Shown one piece after another: positions 22,536-30,943 of a DNA stretch of 64,000 nt. Numbering within the stretch: position 1 is the stretch's first letter; every line of letters begins with the position of its first letter. Position numbers and translations under genes: made by a program. The stretch spans positions 13,328 through 77,327 of the forward strand of contig CAZQVF010000005.1 in the NCBI GenBank assembly GCA_964596735.1. The letters are read 5' to 3'. The DNA comes from an uncultured Gammaproteobacteria bacterium (GTDB taxonomy: Bacteria; Patescibacteriota; Patescibacteriia; UBA2591; UBA6264). The notes below the pieces were generated by a model that made no database searches, was not told the DNA's origin, and saw nothing but the letters and a program-made list of their open reading frames with translations.

Positions 22536-24893
22536 ATGGGAAAAGCATACGAACCCAAAGAATATGAATCAAAAATATATCAACTCTGGGAAAAGAGCGA
22601 ATTTTTTAATCCTGATAAGCTGCCCGGTAAACCAAAAAAAACATACTCTATCTCTATCCCTCCACCAAATGTTACTGGATCTCTTCACCTTGGCCATGCT
22701 TTAAATAATACGATTCAGGATATTTTGACCAGATTTTATCGCATGAAGGGAAGAAAAACACTTTGGTTGCCTGGAACAGATCACGCTGGCATTGCGACAC
22801 AAAATGTTGTGGAAAAAGAATTAGCCAAACAAGGGTTAACTCGTCACCAATTAGGCAGAGAAAAATTTACTGAAAAGGCTTGGCAATGGAAAGCAAAATA
22901 TGGTGATTTAATTCTAGAACAATTAAAAAAACTTGGCTGCTCTTGTGATTGGTCTAGAACTCGCTTTACCTTAGACAAAGACTATGCAGAAGCGGTTTTA
23001 ACTGCTTTTATTAATTATCATAAAAAGGGATATATTTATCGCGGACCAAGAATTGTTAATTGGTGTCCGCGTTGCACCACAGCCATTTCTGATATTGAAA
23101 TAAAATATCAAGAAAAAAAAGGCAAACTCTGGTATTTAAAATATCCTTTTAAGGATAATCCTAATAAATTTATAGTTGTAGCAACTACTCGCCCAGAAAC
23201 TATGCTAGGAGACACAGCTGTGGCCGTAAGTCCTAAACGTGAAAAATATAAAAAGTTGATTGGAGAAAAACTAATCCTCCCCATTATGAACCGAGAAATT
23301 CCTTTGGTGTCTCACCATTTAGTTGATGCTGAGTTTGGTACAGGGGCGGTGAAAATTACTCCGGCTCATGATAAAACTGACTGGCAAATTGGTAAAGAAA
23401 ATAATTTGGAGGTGATAAACGTTATTGGGGCAGAGGGGAAAATGACCAAGGAAGCGGGAAAATATTCCGGTCTACCTGTTTTAGAAGCAAGAAAAAAGAT
23501 TATTGAAGAATTGGAAAAATTAAATCTCTTGGAAAAAATTGAAGACTATCAACATCAAATCTCTCTTTGTGATCGCTGTAGCACACCAGTTGAGCCTCAG
23601 ATTTCTACTCAGTGGTTTGTGGCTATGAAAAAATTAGCCAAACCAGCTATTAAAGTTGTAAAAAAATCAAAAATAAAAATTTCTCCTAAACGTTATAAAA
23701 AAGTGTATTTAGATTGGTTGGATAATATTGAAGATTGGTGTATCTCTCGTCAACTTTGGTGGGGCCATCGATTACCAGTTTGGTTTTGCCAAAAACAAAA
23801 AGATAAATATCTTGTCTCTATAAATCAACCTAAAAAATGTCCTTATTGTAATAAGTGTAAAATGGACCAATCTGAAGATGTGCTTGATACCTGGTTTTCT
23901 TCAGCCCTATGGCCGTTTGCTACTCTTGGCTGGCCTAAAAAAACAAAGGATTTAAAAGAATTTTACCCTACTTCTCTGCTTTCCACGGCTAGAGACATTC
24001 TTTATCTCTGGGTGGCTCGTATGGTTTTTTCTAGCTTAGAATTTTTAAAAAAAATACCGTTTGAACAAGTCTATATCCATTCCACCATTTTAACACTGGA
24101 GGGCCGACGCATGAGCAAATCATTAGGAACTGGTATTGACCCATTGGAGTTAATAAATAAATATGGAGCTGACGCAACCCGATTTGGTATAATTTACCAA
24201 ACAAATCGCGACCAACAAGCGATTCGTTTTGACGAAAGAGCTATCGTTGCCGCTCGTAATTTTATTAATAAACTTTGGAATATTAGTCGTTTTATTGCCA
24301 TACAAATTGAAACAGAGCCAGAAATAAAAATTAAAAATATTAAAACGCAAACTTTAGCTGATCAATGGATTGTTTCAGGGGTTAATAACTTAATTACTTC
24401 AGCGACAGAAAAAATTGAAAATTACGAATTTGGTGAAGCTAGTAAAGAAATTTATGATTTTATCTGGCATGATTTTGCTGATTGGTATTTAGAAATCTCA
24501 AAATTCCAAATAGCTGATTCTAGACTAAAAAAAGAGACTATTCGTAATTTAAAACTTGTTCTTTGTCTTTGTCTAAGACTGCTTCATCCTTTTACTCCTT
24601 TTGTTACGGAACAAATTTACCAACAACTTAATGCTTGTCCTGACTCCTCAGATTTATTAATGATTGCCTCTTGGCCAAGGGTAAAAAAGAATTTTATCAA
24701 CCCAAAAAGAGAAAAAGAATTTGCTAGCGTAAAAGAAATAGTTATGGAAATTAGGAATTGGAAAGTGGATAAAAAAATATCCCCAAAAGAAATAGTGGAT
24801 TATAAAATTAAGCCAGAAAACAAAAAAATCCCAGTTCAAAACGAACTTAAGGATTTAATTGAAAAATTAGGTAAAATAAAACTAGTTTTCTGA
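22536..24893 (+). CDS. valS: Valyl-tRNA synthetase (short, about 785 aa)
   Basis: PPPNVTGSLHLGHAL (HIGH) and RMSKSLGT (KMSKS). Start taken at MGKAYEPKEYE (22536). Confidence 0.93.
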   Translation: MGKAYEPKEYESKIYQLWEKSEFFNPDKLPGKPKKTYSISIPPPNVTGSLHLGHALNNTIQDILTRFYRMKGRKTLWLPGTDHAGIATQNVVEKELAKQGLTRHQLGREKFTEKAWQWKAKYGDLILEQLKKLGCSCDWSRTRFTLDKDYAEAVLTAFINYHKKGYIYRGPRIVNWCPRCTTAISDIEIKYQEKKGKLWYLKYPFKDNPNKFIVVATTRPETMLGDTAVAVSPKREKYKKLIGEKLILPIMNREIPLVSHHLVDAEFGTGAVKITPAHDKTDWQIGKENNLEVINVIGAEGKMTKEAGKYSGLPVLEARKKIIEELEKLNLLEKIEDYQHQISLCDRCSTPVEPQISTQWFVAMKKLAKPAIKVVKKSKIKISPKRYKKVYLDWLDNIEDWCISRQLWWGHRLPVWFCQKQKDKYLVSINQPKKCPYCNKCKMDQSEDVLDTWFSSALWPFATLGWPKKTKDLKEFYPTSLLSTARDILYLWVARMVFSSLEFLKKIPFEQVYIHSTILTLEGRRMSKSLGTGIDPLELINKYGADATRFGIIYQTNRDQQAIRFDERAIVAARNFINKLWNISRFIAIQIETEPEIKIKNIKTQTLADQWIVSGVNNLITSATEKIENYEFGEASKEIYDFIWHDFADWYLEISKFQIADSRLKKETIRNLKLVLCLCLRLLHPFTPFVTEQIYQQLNACPDSSDLLMIASWPRVKKNFINPKREKEFASVKEIVMEIRNWKVDKKISPKEIVDYKIKPENKKIPVQNELKDLIEKLGKIKLVF

Positions 24894-25328
24894 TTCTTTT
24901 GCTCTGTCTAAAATCCATTCTTCAAATTGGGATTCACTAGCAAAGCCATGATGCCAAGAAGTGTCTAAACCATAATTTATAAAAAGACGTGAAAGAATGT
25001 TCAAATCGTCAACGATAACATTCTTTTTACTTATCTTTGCTTGCATCCAGGTTTCTAATTCTTTTAGTCCATTTCTTCTTTCCTCTTGATTTTGAGAACT
25101 AGCCTCTTGAATTTTATTCCAGGCTCGGTAATAAGATCGCTCTATTTTAATATATTCTTGACAATACCGCTCTAATTCATTAACAAATTCCATAACTTGT
25201 TCCTTGTCTTCTGCCCTCGGAATGGTCTCAATGTTCTTTCTCAAGGAATTAAAACTAAACCGAGCTGCTTCAGTTTTTTGTTCTTCCGGTCTTAAAACCT
25301 CGCGTTTGTGTAAAAATTGATGTTCCAT
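24882..25328 (-). CDS. Hypothetical protein
   Basis: 148-aa ORF, convergent with valS and overlapping it by 12 nt. No motif recognised. Confidence 0.5.
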   Translation of the reverse strand: MEHQFLHKREVLRPEEQKTEAARFSFNSLRKNIETIPRAEDKEQVMEFVNELERYCQEYIKIERSYYRAWNKIQEASSQNQEERRNGLKELETWMQAKISKKNVIVDDLNILSRLFINYGLDTSWHHGFASESQFEEWILDRAKESEN

Positions 25329-25358
25329 ATAAATTTATTTTATTTTTATTAATATCTC

Positions 25359-27071
25359 TTATTCAGCCACACGGAAAACTTCTTCTACAGTAGTAAGTCC
25401 ATCTAAAACTTTTAAGATTCCGTCTTGAACCATACCAACCATGCCCTGGCCTTTAACTAATTCTTTCATTTTATACTCGGAAAGGTCACCTTCTAGAACT
25501 GCTTTTTCAATCTCTGGATCAATTATTAAAACCTCATAAATTCCAACTCGTCCTTTATAGCCCAGGCCCTGGCATTTTTCACAACCTTCTCCTTTATAAA
25601 ATTTAAGTTTATTCAAGTCAATTTTAATGCCTGATTTCTCTGGAATTTCAGATAAAATCTTTTTTACTCGAACTAACTTTTCAGGCTCCAAGGTTGTTTC
25701 TTTTTTACATTCTTTGCAAATTCTTCTTCCTAAACGCTGGCCAATAACTGCATTAAGTGCTGGTGCCAAAAGATAAGGCTTTGCTCCCATAGAAAGAAAT
25801 CTAGGCAAAGCCCCTACTGCATCATTTGTATGAAGAGTAGAAACTACTAAATGACCAGTCAGGGCAGCTTGAATAGCGATATCAGCTGTTTCCAAATCTC
25901 TAATTTCTCCAACCATAACCACGTCTGGATCCTGACGAAGAATTGAACGAAGACCTTTGGCAAAGGTATATTCTTTTGATTTATCAACCTGACTCTGATT
26001 AACTCCTTTTAAATGATACTCTATTGGATCTTCTAGGGTAATAATTTTTGTTTCTGGATCATTAAGCTTATTTAAGATAGCATATAAGGTGGTTGTTTTT
26101 CCTGAACCTGTTGGACCTGTGGTGATAATCATCCCATTAGGTCTTTCTATTTGTGCTTTTAGTTTTTCTTCAACATCTTTACGAAAGCCAAGATCTTCAA
26201 AGCTTAACCCAGCTACTGATGCACGAAGTAGTCTCATAACCACACTTTCACCATAAGCGGTCGGTAATGTAGAAACCCGAACATCTGTTTTTTCTTTATT
26301 TAAATAAATAGTAAATCGTCCGTCTTGTGGCCGATCTGTTACATTCATTTTAAGACTAGATAATAATTTAAGCCTTGAAATGACTTTAGGCCAAAACTTC
26401 TTGTCTATCTCAGCCACTTCAATTAAAACTCCATCTATTCTAAATCTGACTTTAATGGCTGTTTCTTCTGCTTCAATATGAATATCAGAAGCTCCTGATT
26501 GGACAGAACTGGCCATAATTAAGGTGACCATATCAGAAATTTTAACATTCTGAACCTCCTGATTTAAATCTTTAAATGTTTTTACTTTATTTTTAAAATG
26601 TTCAAAGTCCTCGGGAGATATCTCAACTCCTTTGACAATTTTGCTAACCTTAGGCAAGGCAGCATAACGCTGATGAGCAAGTTTAAAACTATGTTCGGAA
26701 ATTAAATGAAGCTCTGTTTTTACATTCCAGGCTCCTTCAATTTGCTCTCTAAGATCTGCTAAACCAGGATTTTCAACCTGGGTTGAGGCAAGTTTAACTT
26801 TTTCTTCGGTTCGATAAAAACAAACTACCTGGTGTTTTAAGGCATCTTCTTCAGAAATCAACGTTAAAGCTTCAGAAGAAATAGGAAAATCAGCTAAATT
26901 AATATAAGGAATACCTATCTGACGAGCTTGCTCAGTCGCTTTTTCTTCTAAGTCTTTAATATTAATATTTATTAACTTCTGATTCAACTTTTTTTGTTCT
27001 TCTTCTGAAGCAATGTTGGGTTTTTTAGAAGATTGACCACCTTGTCCTAATAAATCCTTTAAATCTAACAT
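25359..27071 (-). CDS. pilB: Type IV pilus / type II secretion ATPase (PilB/GspE family)
   Basis: Walker A GPTGSGKTTTLYA, Asp box, Walker B DPDVVMVGEIRD, His box, and a tetracysteine CKEC...CEKC. Confidence 0.92.
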   Translation of the reverse strand: MLDLKDLLGQGGQSSKKPNIASEEEQKKLNQKLININIKDLEEKATEQARQIGIPYINLADFPISSEALTLISEEDALKHQVVCFYRTEEKVKLASTQVENPGLADLREQIEGAWNVKTELHLISEHSFKLAHQRYAALPKVSKIVKGVEISPEDFEHFKNKVKTFKDLNQEVQNVKISDMVTLIMASSVQSGASDIHIEAEETAIKVRFRIDGVLIEVAEIDKKFWPKVISRLKLLSSLKMNVTDRPQDGRFTIYLNKEKTDVRVSTLPTAYGESVVMRLLRASVAGLSFEDLGFRKDVEEKLKAQIERPNGMIITTGPTGSGKTTTLYAILNKLNDPETKIITLEDPIEYHLKGVNQSQVDKSKEYTFAKGLRSILRQDPDVVMVGEIRDLETADIAIQAALTGHLVVSTLHTNDAVGALPRFLSMGAKPYLLAPALNAVIGQRLGRRICKECKKETTLEPEKLVRVKKILSEIPEKSGIKIDLNKLKFYKGEGCEKCQGLGYKGRVGIYEVLIIDPEIEKAVLEGDLSEYKMKELVKGQGMVGMVQDGILKVLDGLTTVEEVFRVAE

Positions 27072-27080
27072 AAAAACTCA

Positions 27081-27947
27081 TTAAGATATAATTGAACTAG
27101 CTTCGTTGATTAAACTAGTTAACTTTTTTCCTTTAAGCATTGTTTTTTGTTTTAAAACCTCTTTTTTTGTAGAAATGAGCTCCTGACATAAAATCATCTT
27201 CTTAGAAAAAAGAATTTCTCTTGAAGCTCGATCCAAAGATCTTAAAATGGTAATTGGATAAAGCTTTTTATTCTCGATTAAATATTCTAAACCATTTCCT
27301 TTGGGATGTTGCCATCCTAACAATCTCAAATCCTTACATTGAGCATATTTGATAGCTGAATTAGAAAACTTGGTGTTAGAAATTAACCAAGGACGATGAA
27401 ACTCTCGACCTGTACCCTGACGCCAAGCATCTTGAAGGTCTAAAAATCTCGCCCACACATAAAGAGCTTCTTTTAGTCCTGACCGTAGCCCTGGAGCATT
27501 ATGATATTTACATTCTATCATATAAGTTCTGCTGTGACTAGATTCTTTTTCATTTATAGGATCAGGTTTTTTGTATGGAGATTTAGCAATAATATCTACT
27601 TCATGTTTAACACAAACCCCTTGAATAAGTGGCGGGCACCAAGCTTGATAGCCATAGGCCTTTAATAGGCTAACTATAAATTCTTCAAAAATAAAACCAG
27701 CCGGACCCAGGCTTAACATTGCTTTTTTTAAGCTATAACGAGTAGCAACGGCAGGGTCTTTTTGTTTTAAAAGCTTTAAAATCAACCTCAATAACTCACG
27801 CGTTTCCATGCCGTTATAAACATGTTTTATTACTTCTTTAACAATACGATCTGCTAGGTCTGGGCTAGCCCCTGCCCTAAGGCAGGTACGACGTACTTTA
27901 GCGGGATTAAACTTTGCTCTTTTCCCAGAGACCTTAATAACATACAT
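27081..27947 (-). CDS. ATP-cone domain fused to a PD-(D/E)xK restriction-endonuclease-like domain
   Basis: The N-terminus VIKVSGKRAKFNPAKVRRTCLRAG...IVKEV is ATP-cone-like. The central HEVDIIAK ... YMIECKY matches D...ExK. Confidence 0.6.
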   Translation of the reverse strand: MYVIKVSGKRAKFNPAKVRRTCLRAGASPDLADRIVKEVIKHVYNGMETRELLRLILKLLKQKDPAVATRYSLKKAMLSLGPAGFIFEEFIVSLLKAYGYQAWCPPLIQGVCVKHEVDIIAKSPYKKPDPINEKESSHSRTYMIECKYHNAPGLRSGLKEALYVWARFLDLQDAWRQGTGREFHRPWLISNTKFSNSAIKYAQCKDLRLLGWQHPKGNGLEYLIENKKLYPITILRSLDRASREILFSKKMILCQELISTKKEVLKQKTMLKGKKLTSLINEASSIIS

Positions 27948-27949
27948 AT

Positions 27950-29317
27950 TTATTGATTATATAACCTTTGTTTAATTAAATCTATTTCCTGTTTTGTGCG
28001 GCTATTTTGCTCAATCCCATCTTTTATCTTTTCATAAGCATGCATAGCTGTTGTGTGATCACGATTCCCTAATTCTTTACCAATTAAAGGAAAGGAGGCT
28101 CCGACTTCTTCCCTCATCAAATACATGGCTACCTGTCTAGGAACAACAAGTTCTCTTTTTCGAGAGAGACCAATCATTTCACTAACGTGAATACCATAAA
28201 AATTAGCTACTGTTTCAATTAATTCTTTTGCTTGAATTAATCCTTTTTTTCTTCGCGTGTCTAAACTAGCTAGAACATTTTTTACTACAGATAAATCAAG
28301 TTCTGTTCTATGAAACTCATAATAAGCAATTAATTTGTTAAGGGCTCCTTCCAGCTCTCTAACGTTGCTTTGGATATGAGTAGCCAAATATTGAATAATC
28401 TCCTCATTTAAATTACATTTTCTTTCTTGACACTTTGCCTTTAAAATAGCTAACCTTGTTTCTAAATCAGGCGGAGTAATATCAGCAATTAATCCCCATT
28501 CTAATCGTGAGATTAAACGATCTTCAAGGGCAGGAATATCTTTGGGGGTGCGATCAGAGGTGAGGACTATTTGTTGCCCATCTTGATGAAGGCTGTTAAA
28601 GGTATGAAAAAATTCTTCCTGAGTCCGTTCTTTACCGGCCATAAATTGAATATCATCAACCAAAAGGACATCTACCCCCCTATAGATTTCTTTAAATTTA
28701 TCAATCGTTCCATTTCCAATCGCCCGAATAAACTCATTAGTAAACCTTTCTGCATTAGTACAAAGAACTTTTATCTTAGAGTTCTTCTCTAAAATAGCAT
28801 GGCCAATTGCTTGTAATAAATGGGTTTTTCCTAGTCCAACTCCTCCATAAATAAAAAGCGGGTTGTATTTTTTACCCGGCTGTTTAACTATAGCCTGACA
28901 AGCGGCGTAAGCCAATTCTGAACCCTTGCCGACAACAAAATTTTTAAAAGTATAACGAACATTTAATCCATGGCCATTAGTTTCTGGAACCTTCTCTGGG
29001 ACCAGCTTATCTATATCAATAGTTTCAGGTCCAGGCTCCTTAGCTGATTTTACGGCCTCAACCTTATAAATTACTTTTTTAACCTTGTTGTCTGTAGCTC
29101 CCTGTAGGGCCTCAAGAATAGATCGATGATATTTCTTTTCTAACCAATTTTTAGAAAAATTATTTGGCACACCAACAATAACAGTTTCCCCATTATCCTG
29201 GAGTTGAGAAATATAAGTATTTTGAAACCAAGTCTTAAAATTAGCTTTAGAAAGCGATAACTCTAGCTCTGACAAAACAATATTCCAAATTTCTTGTTTA
29301 TCCACTTCTTCAACCAT
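27950..29317 (-). CDS. dnaA: Chromosomal replication initiator DnaA
   Basis: NPLFIYGGVGLGKTHLLQAIG, LLVDDIQF, and C-terminal DNA-binding region HTTAMHAYEKI. Confidence 0.96.
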   Translation of the reverse strand: MVEEVDKQEIWNIVLSELELSLSKANFKTWFQNTYISQLQDNGETVIVGVPNNFSKNWLEKKYHRSILEALQGATDNKVKKVIYKVEAVKSAKEPGPETIDIDKLVPEKVPETNGHGLNVRYTFKNFVVGKGSELAYAACQAIVKQPGKKYNPLFIYGGVGLGKTHLLQAIGHAILEKNSKIKVLCTNAERFTNEFIRAIGNGTIDKFKEIYRGVDVLLVDDIQFMAGKERTQEEFFHTFNSLHQDGQQIVLTSDRTPKDIPALEDRLISRLEWGLIADITPPDLETRLAILKAKCQERKCNLNEEIIQYLATHIQSNVRELEGALNKLIAYYEFHRTELDLSVVKNVLASLDTRRKKGLIQAKELIETVANFYGIHVSEMIGLSRKRELVVPRQVAMYLMREEVGASFPLIGKELGNRDHTTAMHAYEKIKDGIEQNSRTKQEIDLIKQRLYNQ

Positions 29318-29503
29318 AACAAACTGTTTAAATAAATTACTTAATAATTTAGTAGATATATAATAACATTTATTAACAAAAAGACAAATTAATCAAAGTT
29401 AACAACATGGGGACAATCTGTGGACAACCTAAATCCTTGCCTTCTTGGACAAAAACTGTTATTTTAATAACAATAACTAATTATAATAAGATTTAAGATT
29501 AAT
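29318..29503. other. Candidate oriC / dnaA promoter region
   Basis: AT-rich stretch at 29320-29400 followed by three GGACAA-type DnaA-box-like 9-mers: tGGGGACAA 29408-16, TGTGGACAA 29419-27 and TTGGACAA 29445-52. TTATCCACt at 29298-306 lies just inside dnaA. Confidence 0.45.
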
Positions 29504-29740
29504 ATGGCCTTACCAACGCAAAAAAGATCAAAATCTCGCAAAAGGGTTAAACAGTATAAAAATCGCTTAAAAAAGAAAATTTTATCAACTTGTCCAAAAT
29601 GCAAAAAACCAGTTCTCCCTCATCACGCTTGTCATTTCTGCGGTATTTATATAAATAAAGAAATTATTAACCCGAAAAAAGATAAGAAAGAAAGGAAAAA
29701 AGAAAAAGAAAAAAAAGAAAAAGAATCAACAAAAAAATAA
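29504..29740 (+). CDS. rpmF: 50S ribosomal protein L32 (Lys/Glu-rich C-terminal extension)
   Basis: MALPTQKRSKSRKR...CPKCKKPVLPHHACHFCG. Confidence 0.9.
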   Translation: MALPTQKRSKSRKRVKQYKNRLKKKILSTCPKCKKPVLPHHACHFCGIYINKEIINPKKDKKERKKEKEKKEKESTKK

Positions 29741-29754
29741 AATAATTTAATTTT

Positions 29755-30204
29755 ATGTCTCAAAGGCATTTAGCGAGAACAATTGCTGTCCAAACATTAG
29801 CCGAATGGGATTTTAATCGATCTATTCTTAAAAAAGAATCTGAAATTAAAAAAATTCTTGAACGCCACTTAAAAGAATCTACGTTACCAGAATTTGAAGG
29901 AAAAGAATTTACTGAAAAACTAGTTAAAGGAGTTTCTGATGGATTTCTAAAAATTAATGCATATATTAAAAAATATGCTCCCCAATGGCCCATTGAACAA
30001 ATAACTCTAATTGATAGAAATATTCTTCGACTGGGAATTTTTGAACTTATCTTTTTTACAGAAACTCCTCCGAAAGTAGCAATAAATGAAGCAATTGAAA
30101 TAGCCAAGGCTTTTGGTGGCGGAACCTCTGGTAAATTTATTAACGGTGTTCTGGGAGCAATCTATGAAGATATAAAGAAACAGAAACCTAAAAACAAAAA
30201 ATGA
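29755..30204 (+). CDS. nusB: Transcription antitermination factor NusB
   Basis: [13 protein letters not shown] ... [27 protein letters not shown]. Confidence 0.9.
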   Translation: MSQRHLARTIAVQTLAEWDFNRSILKKESEIKKILERHLKESTLPEFEGKEFTEKLVKGVSDGFLKINAYIKKYAPQWPIEQITLIDRNILRLGIFELIFFTETPPKVAINEAIEIAKAFGGGTSGKFINGVLGAIYEDIKKQKPKNKK

Positions 30205-30890
30205 AAAACTTATCTACCTTTGAAAAAGAACTTAACTTAAAATTTAAAAATAAGGATCTTTTTCATCAAGCATTAATTCATCGATCTTATCTAAATGAAC
30301 ATCCGACCTTTAAGCTTGGTCATAATGAAAGGTTGGAATTTTTAGGCGACGCTGTTCTAGAACTCATTATTACTAAATTCCTTTTTCAAAATTTCAAACA
30401 GGGAGAAGGGCAATTAACCCGTTTTCGTTCTAGCTTGGTTAACACAAAAACATTAGCTCAGGTCGCCAAAAAACTAAAACTTAATGACTATCTTTTTTTA
30501 AGTAAAGGAGAAAACAACTCAAAAGGTAAATCTCGAGAAGCTATTCTTGCTAACACTTTTGAAGCTTTACTTGGGGCTATTTACCTAGACCAAGGCTTTA
30601 ATCAAGCAGAAAAATTTATTCACCATCATCTTGTTCCTATCTTAGATGATATTTTAAAGAATAGGTTATACCGAGATCCTAAAAGTAAGTTCCAGGAACT
30701 TATTCAAAATAAACTAAAGATTACTCCTGTTTACAAACTCATTCAGGAATCTGGATTGGATCATGCAAAAAAATTTACTATTGGTGTATTTTTAAATCAA
30801 AAGCTGATCGCTAAAGGAATGGGAAAAAATAAACACGAAGCAGAAACAGAAGCAGCCAAAAAAGCCTTAAAGAAAAAATTAAACATTTAA
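30201..30890 (+). CDS. rnc: Ribonuclease III
   Basis: [14 protein letters not shown] signature, with a C-terminal dsRBD ending [15 protein letters not shown]. Confidence 0.95.
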   Translation: MKNLSTFEKELNLKFKNKDLFHQALIHRSYLNEHPTFKLGHNERLEFLGDAVLELIITKFLFQNFKQGEGQLTRFRSSLVNTKTLAQVAKKLKLNDYLFLSKGENNSKGKSREAILANTFEALLGAIYLDQGFNQAEKFIHHHLVPILDDILKNRLYRDPKSKFQELIQNKLKITPVYKLIQESGLDHAKKFTIGVFLNQKLIAKGMGKNKHEAETEAAKKALKKKLNI

Positions 30891-30904
30891 ACAATATGGT
30901 TTTG

Positions 30905-30925
30905 AGGCCTCAGGGCCTATTTTCT
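30905..30925 (+). terminator. Rho-independent terminator after rnc
   Basis: aggcc-tcag-ggcct followed by attttct. Confidence 0.5.
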
Positions 30926-30943
30926 ATTAACAAAATTTAATTC

